16,190 nucleotides of DNA from Ginkgo biloba (lineage: Eukaryota > Plantae > Ginkgophyta): positions 211,226,063 through 211,242,252 of the forward strand of contig JANKJI020000002.1 of the NCBI GenBank assembly GCA_024626585.2, in the 5' to 3' direction. Below the pieces are notes generated by a model, which did not search any database, had not been told where the DNA came from, and saw only the letters and a program-made list of their open reading frames with translations. Shown here piece by piece: positions 1 through 13,023 of this stretch (positions are counted from its first letter, which is position 1; every line of letters begins with the position of its first letter). A program made the position numbers and the translations under genes.

Positions 1-1382
1 TCATGCAGTCATTGAGCTTGTGATCATTTTATGGACGACTTGATCACCCAAGCACTACTCTTCTCCCCATAGCTTCTATACTTGAATTCTACAAAGAGGC
101 TGTGTAGCATATGCCATAAGCGTTAAAGCTTATCTACCCAGCAGTACTTGCTATCATTATAAGATCTCATCATCTTATTAAAGTACTTGCTTTTCTCTAA
201 TCATAGCAGTAGCTTTTGCATCTCTCTCACAAGTGGAAAACAACCTTTTTGAAAGCATAAGCACTCTCCCCTTACAGCTTTCTTAATTATAACCCAAACA
301 CTTTTGTTTTTCCTATTCTTCCTTAAGCTTTTTTCTTTCTTTGTGGACTTCTATGTACCTCTTTCTACTTAAGAGCAAAGCTCCAACAAATGAGCCTCAT
401 TTGTGCATGTCTCCATTTTTGGGGTGCATATTCATGGGCTAACAAAGTGATTAATTCCAACACAGCTTCGTAGATGCTGTAAATGCATGCTATTTCTTAA
501 AGGTGTGTTTGTAATAATTCTTGACTTTATATATTTCATGATCACTTTACTTGTGTTGGTAGAATATTTGCATACATCATTGGTATTAGTTTAGATTGCT
601 TCTTGCTCATAAAACTTTCTAGCCATTATGCTGGGTCATGTTAGACATTTGATTTCTTACATCAAGATTTTATTCTATGTGCTGGTTTGATTTCTTGCAT
701 ATCTGCATGCAACACTTCCATATAATGCAGATTTTGGGGTTCTTACATAGAGAATGTTGAAGCAAAAAACTATGGCACTACATCTGTTGTATCTAATAAA
801 ACAGTAATATGACTAAAACAATCTAATAATAACCATTACTATTCCAAGAAACTTGCTTTGCTTCTAATTTCAAGAAGGGTTTTGGCGAACTGTATAATTT
901 TTTTGATGCGATGCTATTATTTAGCTTAAATGGAATGTGGAAACATGCTTTTGCAATGGAAGACTTCACTGATGTTGAGTTCCCTGTTATGTGCATGTTT
1001 CCCTGGAAAGTGAGGAATTAATTATATTGAAAACCTTTTTGTGATCTTGTTGTGTAGGGGAGACTTCTGAAATAAAAGCCTCTACATTTTAACCGGATAA
1101 AAACCAAGCTTTGCTACCAACTCTAGGAAGGCCTTGAATAAATCTGTGTCAAAAATTTAATGTGATGATACTGTTTAACTAATACAGAATGTCAATCTTG
1201 TTCTCCCAAGTGAGAAATTAATTGTATTGACTGACTTGTTGTCTGCTTGTTGCATGAAAGGGGAACTTCCAATATTATGTGTGTTGTAGGACTTAAATTG
1301 AAAAGTAACTGCTAACTGTTTTTGCAGGATTCAGTCTCTGTTAGGGTTGTTTCATCGGTGCAGAGCCCTCTTTCATATGTAT

Positions 1383-2005
1383 CTAATGTCGACAAAAAGT
1401 TGGCAGTACCCCTTTGACATCCTTATAACTCCATGCAAAAGCGTCCTTACATATTTTCAACATGTCAATTGCCTTCTGGACCTGTTCCTCATTTAACTGA
1501 TTACTAATTAGGACTGAGTTACCTTCTACCAATGTAACTTTTTGGACTCCTATGCATAGAAGCTTCTCTTCTTGGGTTAGTACAAATTTCATGTAATTTG
1601 AACTTACTCTACTTTCATCATCAGTCAAAGGATTAGGAGGGCCCTGCATCTAAGCATATAACTCTATATCTGTCCCGTTGTTTCAACTTAAGGATTAAAA
1701 ATTATTACCTTTGCAACATTTTCTTCATCCCACTAAGAAGATAGGAATATATATCCTTCCACATCCTCCTCCTCCTCCTCATTGCATTCTGTATCAGGCA
1801 TGATTGGTTTTGTAGGGGGGTACATAGATAGGCATTTATTTTCTCCATCTTGAGCAATTTCCAATTCCCTAGACCGTAGTCCCAACTTTGCATCAGCCAT
1901 GGCTAATAATGGTCTGCCCAAAATCATCAGATAGTCGCCCTCTTTCTTAGGTTTTAAAACCAAGAAATATCCTGGGTAATCCCATGCATCTATAGTGACC
2001 ATGAC
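1383..2005 (-). mobile_element. Degenerate Ty3/gypsy (Athila/Tat-like) pol fragment: aspartic protease C-terminus and pre-RT linker
   Basis: The minus-strand ORF pieces read VMVTIDAWDYPGYFLVLKPKKEGDYLMILGRPLLAMADAKLGLRSRELEI (ILGRPxLA, end of a retropepsin). They then read LISNQLNEEQVQKAIDMLKICKDAFAWSYKDVKGVLPTFCRH (the AFAWSYxDxxG...CxH motif that precedes gypsy RT). The fragment is interrupted by stops, truncated before RT, and bounded by an N gap. Confidence 0.85.
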
Positions 2006-2569
2006 NNNNNNNNNNNNNNNNNNNNNNNNNNNNNNNNNNNNNNNNNNNNNNNNNNNNNNNNNNNNNNNNNNNNNNNNNNNNNNNNNNNNNNNNNNNNNNN
2101 NNNNNATTGCTATCGATTGGCAGATAATAGTTGTACTGTTTCTGCAAACTTCAATGAAATTGCTCAAATTATATTGTAATATAGAATTACATATATATGT
2201 TTTTGTTGGTCCTAATACTTAAGGTGGAATAGTCGAGATTGTACCCTACTGCTAACTAGATTTAGATTGTTTTTGGTGAAGTTAGCACATCAAGTGATGG
2301 CTTGGGTTTATGTGCTGGTAGAGTGGAGCACATGGTGGTTCTCACATCTCACATCCTCTCAGTTTAGTCTTGTAAGCTCATAGAGCATTGGGCTTAAGCT
2401 TCAAGTTGGGCAGATAAGTTTTGATAGCAACCGTCCTTTGCATTGTGACTCATGGATTTAGGATGATCCATGTTGAAGACTGATTACACTTTAACGTTCA
2501 CAAGGACCATGCCTTGTTTGATTGGTAAGGATAACAACCCTAAATTTGAACTTGGGAAAAGTAAAAAAT

Positions 2570-3235
2570 TCAGCTAAGTATTGGAGGGGTTCATAAGCAC
2601 TACCTGAAATTTGGCCGCCTTCTTGAGAACATCAATATGATTTAAGGTGTCTTTGCCATTGTGCTAATTGGATAAGATTGGGAGCACTAATGAGCCTTGA
2701 ATGAACCATCATTTTATAATGAAGGATGTTGGAAGCCACTAAAACATTGTTTGGATGGAAATTCAATGGCACTTTTTGTGATGCTACAATTTTTTCCATC
2801 AAACACTTTTGTTACACCAACCCCTTTGTATTTTACTTGGAATTCAACCTCTAACCTTGCTCCAACATCCCTACTTCTTATTGTTGCACGTGCATGCACA
2901 ACTAAAGTAACTTTAAGGATTTTGTATGTATTTAATGGAAATTCTTTAGATGGAGATAAGAGAAGACATCATCCCCCCCCCCCCAGTTACATTAAATATG
3001 AAGGACATTGTATTGAAGAGCCAGGATGTTTGGTTAGATATGAATCTCAACTAACATGGAAAACTCGATGATATTTTGCACGACAAATGTTGTATGAAAT
3101 CAATGCAACTAATCTCAAATACAAGCAAGCATTAAAAGTAACTGCATGGATATAGGAATTCACTATGATGTCATAACTTAGATCGTTTTTTGGGGCACCC
3201 TAGGATTTATAAGGAAAAGGCTTTTTTTTTTGTAC
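2570..3235 (+). mobile_element. Possible heavily decayed LINE (L1-like) 3' end, zf-RVT-like region
   Basis: Frame-hopping translation gives W..ALP../LAAFL..SLPL then CWKPLKHCLDGNSMALFV...SLLLIVARACTTKVTLRILYVFNG. This loosely resembles the W..PK..FLW..LP / C..E..HCL..C..A..VW pattern at the end of L1 ORF2. The similarity is weak and judged by eye only. Confidence 0.3.
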
Positions 3236-3699
3236 CAGGGGGGTTTTAGTAGAATTGTATTCTACTTTTGAGCAATCTATGTTATTATTAGTGATTGAAG
3301 AGATAAATCTTTTTCACATGGAATTCTTTTGTCTAACTTTTGCAACTTTCATTGAAGTTGCATCCTCTTTCGATCAGGTTTACTCTAAAAGGTACCAATG
3401 CACTTCTATGTGAAGAAGAGAATGTAGCTCGAATACTTCTTGTAGAGTTGATTACGGGCACTTTTTGTAAATTCTGAACTAAGAGATTTATTAATTTGCA
3501 CCTATAATTGGCAAATTGCACATCAAAGTACGCTCAATAGGCACTCATTAAATTATTAGGTTCTTAGTGTTTGTCCAAGGCCTCTAGTTGCAATAATGTT
3601 AGCTAAGAGAAAGGGATAGATATTACAACTCATTACTATTGTGGCCATGGTAATGAGCGAGGTTAGTGGCCAAATTTCTAGATTCCATAAGGACACCCA

Positions 3700-4767
3700 T
3701 CCATATCTGGTAGTCTTTTACATCAAATTGCACCCCATGGAGGCGACATCCAATGATGTCATTTCATTAGAGTACCAAATTGGCTTGTGGGACCATTAAA
3801 AGATATTTAAGTAGCTTAAAAAGGTGAAAAATATTACCTCGGGCTAACCACCCCTTCTCTTAAGCTTGAATGTCCCTTAACTTAATGCATTAATGTACAA
3901 AATAGGTTTTTAATGTCAGCTAACATTAAAAGTCAGTCCAACAACACCTAGGACTATATAAGGAGGTGAGATGGGGTCATTTACTATTATCATTCCTCAA
4001 TTTTATGAACCCTTTTTCCACTTGGAGTAAACAAATTCTTCTTGAAGTTGATTCTTTGTGTCCTACATGTTGATTATTCCTCTAGCAAGTCTCATTTATT
4101 ACCTAATTTTTGCCCCAGACTAGGTCGAAGGTTGTTGGTTGAATCCTAGCAACTTTTTTTAGCCTTCTTTGGAGAAGAAGTCCTCCTTTCTGTCCCTGTT
4201 GAAGGTTGAACCCTGTTTGGGAGTCTTCTTACCTTTTGAAGCTGCCAGAAGGCCCAACGAACTTGCAGAAGTAAGCCAAATCTTCCTAGAGGCTATCAAA
4301 TTGCTTCCTAAATCTTTTTTGCATCCTTTTCTACGTCCAAGTTGAGGAAAAGCTATCAAAGGAGATCTAGAAGCCAATAAGCCTATTATAAAGGCCAAAG
4401 CCTAGAGATTAACCCTACACGGGTATGCAATGATATTAGTTGTCGCATTTTCTTTCATTTATTCATTTATATTAATTATTGCATTATTGTGATTTGAATC
4501 TATGATTGATGATTAGACTTGGGTATGAGGAAATCCCTAGAATACTAGATTTAGATTTGTGTGATGAGACATCCATATGAATAGATAGGTTAAGACTGTT
4601 GGTTAGCCTCTTTTATGCCACTATATGAAGTATGGGTTGTAGATTGTATGAGTGTATGCCTTCTTCAGTCTTAGATCCCAGTTGTTGTGGCATGCGTGCA
4701 TAGTACCATTATGAGGACAATTAATATATATATCCGACTAGGGATTGTACTAGCATGGCCTTGCTTT
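3700..4767 (+). mobile_element. LTR-like non-coding block (possible solo LTR); boundaries uncertain
   Basis: CTATATAAGGAGG at 3954-3966 is a typical LTR TATA context. It is followed by pyrimidine-rich and then T/G-rich non-coding sequence like R/U5. No clear TG...CA termini or target-site duplication were found, and the right side ends in a gap. Confidence 0.3.
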
Positions 4768-4999
4768 NNNNNNNNNNNNNNNNNNNNNNNNNNNNNNNNN
4801 NNNNNNNNNNNNNNNNNNNNNNNNNNNNNNNNNNNNNNNNNNNNNNNNNNNNNNNNNNNNNNNNNNNACAAATTAAAAACAAGAATCTGTAATTATTTAC
4901 ATTGGAAGATTTTGACTACTGAACCCACTGAGATATAGATCATTATGAAGCAACTCCAATCCTTTTTTACTTGCTCTTGTGCTCCTTTAATTCTATTTT

Positions 5000-5400
5000 C
5001 ATTAGTACCAAAATTCTCCATAGAAATTTCTTTACCAGACCTTGTAGGAATTTTACCTTCCTCGTGATCTTGTCCATCTTTTGGATTTAGGTCTTACTCC
5101 TAGATTGCCCTTTGTCCTTCTAGCAAAAATCAATGCTTCTCACCTTTTGTGGGATCATTTGCTCTATTTCTTTGAGGCATCTAGCACCATTTGCTGGCTT
5201 GCCATGCTCTCTTCATACACTATCATAGATCTTTGAAGCCTTTGGGCAGTCTCAACCAACTCTTCTATGCTTTAGCATAGACTTAATCTAGTTCCCACTC
5301 TGAGACCACTATAGGGGACCAACATCTATATCCTTCATGGATAAATACACTCAAGAAGCCCCTGTAAAAGCATTAGTACTAATTTAGACTTTGAGTGTTT
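5000..5400 (-). mobile_element. Possible decayed Ty1/copia gag fragment
   Basis: The minus-strand frame, with several stops, reads SKLVLMLLQGLL...RLSLC*SIEELVETAQRL...EALIFARRTKGNLGVRPKSKK. This resembles the copia gag 'ALILLxSLP...LSLEEV...EALxARGR..RSKS' stretch upstream of the zinc knuckle. Confidence 0.3.
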
Positions 5401-7321
5401 TATCCAAATGAAAATCTAGAAGTAGGATAGTTAGCTAGGAGTCAAAGATAGGTTTAGATATGCCATTATTGACCATGGGAAAACCATCGACATGCTTATG
5501 AACAAGATTGTCAACTCAAAACTTTGGTACTCCTATGATACACTCATTTGCATCCAATGGTCTTTCACACTAGATTCCACCTCTTATAACTTTCTTCCAC
5601 CGACAATATCATTTCATGAGAGTACGAAGACTTGCTCACGGCCACTTTAAGTGCATGATAGCGACCATTCCATGGACGACTTGTGAATGCTACCCATGGA
5701 ATTATGTTAAGATATTAACCACCAACGACACTAGGTATAAATGTTGGACTTTTAAATACCAACTACCCCTTTACCATCCAAAGGCATGGTAACACTCCTA
5801 GTGTATGTCTACCAAACCAATCATGATCTTGTATTTATCACCCTGCACATAAATTGTAACCAACTAGCCTTATGTAATTGCATTTATGTATTCAATTATG
5901 AATGTTTTTTATTTATATTAATATATGAACGTTTGTAGCATATCATTCATTCTTGGGTATAGAACCTGGTTCTGGCAATAGTATTGCAATTCCTTATCCC
6001 TTATCTCCTAAAGGCTTCGGGATAGGAGGGTAAATGTTGGAAGTTAGCATATCAAGTTTTTAGTCCTAAATTTAGCAAGGTGGTGTTTTGGCTACTTTTC
6101 ATGTTTTCAACAAGATGAATACTATATAAACTATGCTATCTCTCACAATATTAACCAATATATATGCCGTCCTTATGTATGCCAAACAAACCCACATCTA
6201 AGCTCATAGAACTCAGCAAAAAGATAATTGCCAACAAATAATGAATTCTGGAAATGCAAACCTAGTAGGACATGAACATGTTTCCAATGGGCACACAACC
6301 ATAGGACACTGCACTTTTGTAGGTTAGATCTTCTTAGGAAAACACCCTTCAAATGTTTTAAAGAATATAACAAGAAGTAAATAATTGAAAAAGATGATTA
6401 TAGAGCTAGGACACCACATAGCTTGACTTCTAAGCTAAGTGGATTAGAATTCTTAAAATTTGCTCTAGGAGTTGTCTACAAAAGGAAGAACTCATCCAAG
6501 ACTCTTACTATTCACGAGGAGCCTCTTCTAAGGTCACAAACATAAAGTGAATCCTTGAAACAACCCCTTTGGCCTCAACAACTTTAAAGTTTGCTTTANN
6601 NNNNNNNNNNNNNNNNNNNNNNNNNNNNNNTCATATCAACTTTGACAACTCTTCTTAGCTTTAGAAATTAGCTTTGACCAACTTTAGTAGCTGTAGGTAG
6701 TCATCACCAGCCTTAGGTCAACTTCCACAACTTCGATCTACTTCTAGTGCTTTTTTAGTCATCTCTAGAGCACAAAAATAACAAAGTGAGCCCTTTCCTA
6801 ACATAAAACCAATTGCGCAAACATCAAGATAGCCAGTTTACTATTGGGGCAAACTTCCAAAAATTTTGGGCAATTGTGTATTGANNNNNNNNNNNNNNNN
6901 NNNNNNNNNNNNNNNNNNNNNNNNNNNNNNNNNNNNNNNNNNNNNNNNNNNNNNNNNNNNNNNNNNNNNNNNNNNNNNNNNNNNTTGGGACCCCTTTTTT
7001 TTTTTTTTTTTTCAAGGTGTCTGAAATAATTTTCAAACCTGGGTAGATCCTCTAGGATACTGGATGTTAACCAAAGGTCATATTTTTATTTTAATTCCCC
7101 TACATCACTTGAAATCCAACTATTAGGGGGGTCTGTCCCATCCTTCAAGTGTGAATGAATCATACCTCGAGTTAATTCGCTTACATACAGTGGTAAAATC
7201 CTACAACACTTTGTATGTCCACGACCCTTAAAAGATAANNNNNNNNNNNNNNNNNNNNNNNNNNNNNNNNNNNNNNNNNNNNNNNNNNNNNNNNNNNNNN
7301 NNNNNNNNNNNNNNNNNNNNN

Positions 7322-8200
7322 CTAATAGAATGTGCCACATGGCACCCTTTCATTTCATATGTATATATGTGTGTGCAAAAGTGCTTTCCATGAGTGATTG
7401 TGAAGTTGTGCAAATTTACAGGATGATGCCACATGGCAAGATCATGGGATACCTTCCTCATTATGATTGAAAGCATCGAATCTCACTTAGAAAATATTGT
7501 GAGATTCACATCCATGGGATTGCCCCATGTGGCAATATTCTACAGCTTATCCTCTCGCAATGGTAAAAGAATTTGGAGTATTTGGTGAAAAGGTTGTGAT
7601 CTGCGGGTGCCCGAGATCATGATACGTGTATGAATCTCAAACACCCACAAGTAGCACTATCCTAAAAGAAGAGAAGGTAACTATAAAATATGGCAGGTTC
7701 CAAAGGTCACAAGATGTTACCATGGATCACCATCCCATGTTCTCATAAACTACACATAAAAATAAGTGAAGGTAATAGAAGGGCATAGAGCTAGAAGAGA
7801 CTACGGATTCAAAGACCGTGAGATTATGCCACCTAAAAAAATCTCATGGCACCCCTTCTCACGACACTTGAATAACTTGGAAATATTTTAAGGAAAAACT
7901 TGAGCCCCAAGTCTTCTAGATGATGACACATGCCCTGATTTCAAACGATTGTAGGATCATAGGAAGAAGAAAGGGTGAAGGAAGTATCAAAGGTGGTGCA
8001 CTTAAGGATCCATGAGATTATTCCACCTCAATCAATATTGAATTCTCTCAAACTTAAGGATTGAAACTAAAGGAGGCATCCCCAAAAGGCTGTAGACTCA
8101 AAATCTATGAGATGGTGACGTGTGTCCTAATCTTGCCATAGACATCACAAACCCACACAAGGAAAAGACCCTTGGAGCAAACTCTTAGCAGGGCAAACCA
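7322..8200. repeat. LTR/U3-like block with decayed palindromic TGCCACGTGGCA-type motifs and a degenerate ~193-bp tandem duplication
   Basis: Motifs: GTGCCACATGGCAC 7332-7345, TGCCACATGGCA 7427-7438, TGCCCCATGTGGCA 7521-7534. Duplication: TGAGATTATGCCACCT at 7819 vs TGAGATTATTCCACCT at 8013 (offset 194), and AGATGATGACACATGCCCTGAT at 7918 vs AGATGGTGACGTGTGTCCTAAT at 8110 (offset 192). Confidence 0.45.
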
Positions 8201-9213
8201 TAAAATTCATATCATGAGCATTGGCAAGGTCAATCAGGCCAGTTATCATAGTTTTCGGGCAAAGAGAAGTAGGTTGAAGTATTATAAATGCAAGTAGTGA
8301 TAGATAAACAACAAGAGAACTAAGGTGAATTTGATTTTGAGCTGGCCAAGCTTAAGAAACACAAGCCCCAAGCTATTAGTCTCCCATTTTTAACTTGGCT
8401 AGGAGGATATGCATTGACTATTGATCGAAGTCCATGGTCCTGGTGTCTGGGGGAATTTTCCAAAGGCTAAGTGATGTATCCACTCGATGATCAACATAGC
8501 TAGAGTGCCTCTCTTAACTCCACAGAGCTAGGAGCTTTGGCTCTAAGTATTGCACTCTACTTTTTGAGCTTACTAATACTTAAATTGGGTAAGTAAGCCA
8601 TGTTGCCCCACCATCGGGAAGATCCAGTAAACTAATAACTAATCCAACAGAGCCCCCTCTTTTTCTATGGTGGGCTTATTCGTTTCATTAATAAGGAGAT
8701 GGTAGCTATCAACTAAGATAATCCCCCTATTTCTCTAGGATAGGGGGATATCTCATCAGACCAATCAGGTACAATTGTATTCTTTCCTCTTCGAGGTCAC
8801 CAAGATGTGGTAGTGTTGTCAAGTTGTTGGCACTTTCGCCATGGTAAACACCCATTAACTTGACCACTGCGTGCCTTCATGGAAGGCCGACCTTATCCTT
8901 ATGGATGTTGACTTCGAATGCACAAGACAAGATGATTTCAAGTTGAATATAATGAAAATGACTAGTGTGAATCCTATACACACTAAAATAGGGTCACAAT
9001 TGTGGGCCTTGATTTGACTTCTTGGTAATTCAACTATTGAATTTGACCATTAGACCAATTGGGTTGTCAAATTAGGGATGTACAACTTTTCCAAGCCCTA
9101 CTAGGATGTAACAAAGTATTGTAAGATTAGTAGAAGAAAATTATTGTCCAATATGTTGATGTCTTCCTTTTTTCTATTTTGGTGCAAGGTGTATTGTTCT
9201 TTGTCAGGTTGTA

Positions 9214-10032
9214 NNNNNNNNNNNNNNNNNNNNNNNNNNNNNNNNNNNNNNNNNNNNNNNNNNNNNNNNNNNNNNNNNNNNNNNNNNNNNNNNNNNNNNN
9301 NNNNNNNNNNNNNNNNNNNNNNNNNNNNNNNNNNNNNNNNNNNNNNNNNNNNNNNNNNNNNNNNNNNNNNNNNNNNNNNNNNNNNNNNNNNNNNNNNNNN
9401 NNNNNNNNNNNNNNNNNNNNNNNNNNNNNNNNNNNNNNNNNNNNNNNNNNNNNNNNNNNNNNNNNNNNNNNNNNNNNNNNNNNNNNNNNNNNNNNNNNNN
9501 NNNNNNNNNNNNNNNNNNNNNNNNNNNNNNNNNNNNNNNNNNNNNNNNNNNNNNNNNNNNNNNNNNNNNNNNNNNNNNNNNNNNNNNNNNNNNNNNNNNN
9601 NNNNNNNNNNNNNNNNNNNNNNNNNNNNNNNNNNNNNNNNNNNNNNNNNNNNNNNNNNNNNNNNNNNNNNNNNNNNNNNNNNNNNNNNNNNNNNNNNNNN
9701 NNNNNNNNNNNNNNNNNNNNNNNNNNNNNNNNNNNNNNNNNNNNNNNNNNNNNNNNNNNNNNNNNNNNNNNNNNNNNNNNNNNNNNNNNNNNNNNNNNNN
9801 NNNNNNNNNNNNNNNNNNNNNNNNNNNNNNNNNNNNNNNNNNNNNNNNNNNNNNNNNNNNNNNNNNNNNNNNNNNNNNNNNNNNNNNNNNNNNNNNNNNN
9901 NNNNNNNNNNNNNNNNNNNNNNNNNNNNNNNNNNNNNNNNNNNNNNNNNNNNNNNNNNNNNNNNNNNNNNNNNNNNNNNNNNNNNNNNNNNNNNNNNNNN
10001 NNNNNNNNNNNNNNNNNNNNNNNNNNNNNNNN
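9214..10032. other. Largest assembly gap (819 N); others at 2006-2105, 4768-4867, 6599-6630, 6885-6984, 7239-7321, 10299-10339, 12863-12962, 14942-15178
   Basis: Runs of N in the sequence. Four are exactly 100 N, the usual placeholder for unknown size. Confidence 0.99.
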
Positions 10033-10906
10033 GCCATGGAGGAGATGCTTGTTGCAGGAATAGAGTAATGTTTAGAGGCGAGTATTTGATATTTGTGTTG
10101 AGAAATGCTTTGTGAGTTATTGCTCACATTGTTCATGCATATTACTTTTCTGTTGTCCCTTTGGTCTATTGTTGCCTGTAACAACTGTCTTGGAAACATA
10201 TCGTTCTCTATAAATGCGTTGGGGATTTATTGTTTTTCTTGGTCATGCATACTACCTTCGGGATGTGCCTTTGAACTATTAGTGGCTCTAGTAGGTTTNN
10301 NNNNNNNNNNNNNNNNNNNNNNNNNNNNNNNNNNNNNNNCTTCCACTCCAACTAGTGCAAGAAGGGAAAAAACAACTTTTGGAAAAGTTTCTTTGCATAT
10401 TATATATTTGTAGCCAAATATGTAATAGCAACATGATCTTGTAACATTATAATACGCTAACTACTGCTTGACAGTTTTATAAAGATATCATTAGACAGGC
10501 TCTAGATGACTTTGGAGCAACTGCGAAGACTTAGGACACTTGATGCCCACTATTATTGTACAACATTTGTACTATAGCTATACAAAACTTTGAGCATTGG
10601 TGCTTTATTTGCTAGATATTATGAAATTGTTGATGCTATAATCTATCACTTACTCAGGATGGAGATGGCTTAGGCACTCCCATTAATGTAGTGTTCATGT
10701 TTGTCGAATCAAGTCAATTTGGCCTTACGAAAGGCAAATTCTAGGGGAATAAGTAAGAAAGCCAATAAGTAGGCCCTACATTTATTTGTGGCACCATTGG
10801 AAACAACTTCAACCAATCAAAGGAAAAAAGAATCAATAAACAATTCTACAGACCAAGGATGGGTGTCTCCAATAAGCAACTAGCATGTGGTAAAGCTCTA
10901 TGGGTG

Positions 10907-11564
10907 GGCAATTGAGAGCTAGGGCAGTCCTAGCTAAGCCCAACCAACTCATGGGAACTAGAATGTGCAAGTTTGCTATTAGTGGAAGGCCAAGGTCTGG
11001 CTTGTTAACTTTTGACTTTCTTCCTAGAAAAATCAAATTGCATAGTTGCTTCTTTTTAGATTGGAAGACACCTCAAAATATTGAACTTCAACGTGAACGA
11101 GAAGGACAAAGTTCTTACTAGCAAGACCTCTTACGTTGGCACCAATATTTGGCCCAATTGTAATTGTAGAGACCCCAAGGAGCCTTAGGAGGGTGGTGCA
11201 GACTTGTTTGGAGTGGAGCACCCTCCTTAGGAGATCATTTTGACACTCTTTTGTGGATGCTTTTTGGAGGACTGTGGTTGCAAAATTGTCCATGGAAGAT
11301 TCTAGCTGGTTGGATGTAATTACATCCCATTATTTGGGGATCTACTCAACCCAAAAATTGTAAGTTCTTATGAAACCCTAACTCTTGAAGCATTCTTTTG
11401 GCTATAATGCAATATTTTGGATATGTTTTTCCATAATAAATGCATAAAATGAATGTGTGGGATATGACATCTCTCTTTGGATGTCTTCTGGGAGATTTTT
11501 TGTCAGACTATGATCAAGGATGGTTGAATTGAATATTATTAGACTTGAAAACCTTGTCCTAATG
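10907..11564 (+). repeat. Diverged direct repeat, copy A (LTR-like)
   Basis: Colinear with 13024-13693 at an offset of about 2117-2130. Shared exact blocks include TGGAAGGCCAAGGTCT (10983/13103), GAGACCCCAAGGA, AGCATTCTTTTGGCTATAATGCA (11389/13519), CCATAATAAATGCAT (with AATAAA) and TTGTCCTAATG. Confidence 0.9.
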
Positions 11565-11699
11565 AAAACTTCGATGACCAAGAAGAGGGATGCCTAGTAG
11601 AATTTAGTGAAGGAGATGCAAGATACATGAAAAGACTCTCAAGAAGAGGAGCCAAGTTATAAGCTGGTCAAATTAGAATGGAAATTGCTTAAACATGTT

Positions 11700-12180
11700 A
11701 AGCAATTGAAGAATGAGCAAATTCCATATTTTAATGGAAGAGGAACAAGGTCTTCATTTTGGGCATGGATAAGGACTGTGGAAACCATTGTCAAATCCTT
11801 TGATATATTGGAGGAAAATAAGGTGACCATTGTGACTTTTGCTCTTAAGGGGCTAGCTTGAGCATGGTGCAATGACATTCAAACAGAAATAGAGGATGGA
11901 ATGCAACTACCAATTGAAACAAGGAAGGATATTAGGACATTGATGTGAACAAGGTATGAGCACAAAATGAGATGCAATAAGCCTATGGTCAAGTTATAGG
12001 CTTCAAGCAAAATAGCTGGGTCAAAGAGTACAATAATGAGTTGTCAGGGCTATTCGCATGACTATCTGATTTGCCCATGAGATATATGTTGTACTACTTT
12101 GTACATATATTGAAACCCCACATTAGGTAGGGACATGGAAGATGCAATCCAAATTGCCTTACAATGTGAAGTGACACAAA
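11700..12180 (+). pseudogene. Decayed Ty3/gypsy gag (Retrotrans_gag; chromovirus/CRM-like)
   Basis: With frameshifts and stops it reads QIPYFNGRG / AWIRTVETIVKSFDILEENKVTIVTFALKGLA*AWCNDIQTEIEDGMQLPIETRKDIRTLM*TRY / FKQNSWVKEYNNELSGLFA*LSDLPMRYMLYYFVHILKPHIR / EDAIQIALQCE. This follows the canonical IPxFxG...W...E..KV..A..L.G.A..WW...PI.TW..M...RF, Q..SV.EY and F..GLKP.IR gag pattern. Confidence 0.85.
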
Positions 12181-13023
12181 TGAGAGATCTTGAGTTCAAG
12201 AAAACCTTTTAGCAAAAGAGGCACTTACCTAAAAGTTGTATAATAATCTTGTAAGAGTCCATCATTTTAAAAGGCATACTTTAAAAAACCTCCATATCAA
12301 AATAAAGAGAGGAGAAGTAGAAAGTGGAGAAATCCCCTCAACAGAAGGAATAAAATAGACTACCCACCAAGTGTTTTGAATATGGCTCCAATTCCTGTGC
12401 CTAATGTGTCGCACTCTACTGTAAAGATTTTGGCGAAGTTTGCATTTGCTAGTATCGGTGTTGTAGTCAATGCATGTTTTAACTCTTTGAATGCTTCCCA
12501 TCCTTATCGTTCCGTGTAAATGCATCCTTCTTTGTCAAGTGCGTTAGTGGCGTTGCAATTATTGCATTGTTTCTTAGAAACTTTATATAAAATGTTGTCA
12601 ACGCAAGGAAACCTCTTAGCTTCTTGACTGTATTTGGTTGTGGCCAATTCTTTATTGCTTCAATTTTTGTTGGATCAACGCAAATGCCTTGGCTTATTAT
12701 TATGTACCCAAGGTATTCTAGTGATTATTTCCCAAAGGCATATTTTCACTCCTTTGCATATTGATCTGGAATCTCCCTATGACATGCACATGCATAAAAG
12801 TATGTTTAGAAAGAATGATAGGAATCCCTCTTACATAGAGGTACAAGTTAAAATCTAAACCTNNNNNNNNNNNNNNNNNNNNNNNNNNNNNNNNNNNNNN
12901 NNNNNNNNNNNNNNNNNNNNNNNNNNNNNNNNNNNNNNNNNNNNNNNNNNNNNNNNNNNNNNCAAAGTTTAATGAAGATATCACAATGTGAGGTTGCATT
13001 CCAATGACAATGGTATTCTAACA

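Noticed and set aside
1-420. Possible minus-strand LINE zinc-finger remnant (VWVIIKK...ECLC...LFSTC)
   Set aside because: Too degenerate to call without a profile search.
9144-10199. Long ORFs of 294-331 aa, and other X-rich ORFs in the track
   Set aside because: They are artefacts of translating through N gaps, with no real coding signal on the flanks.
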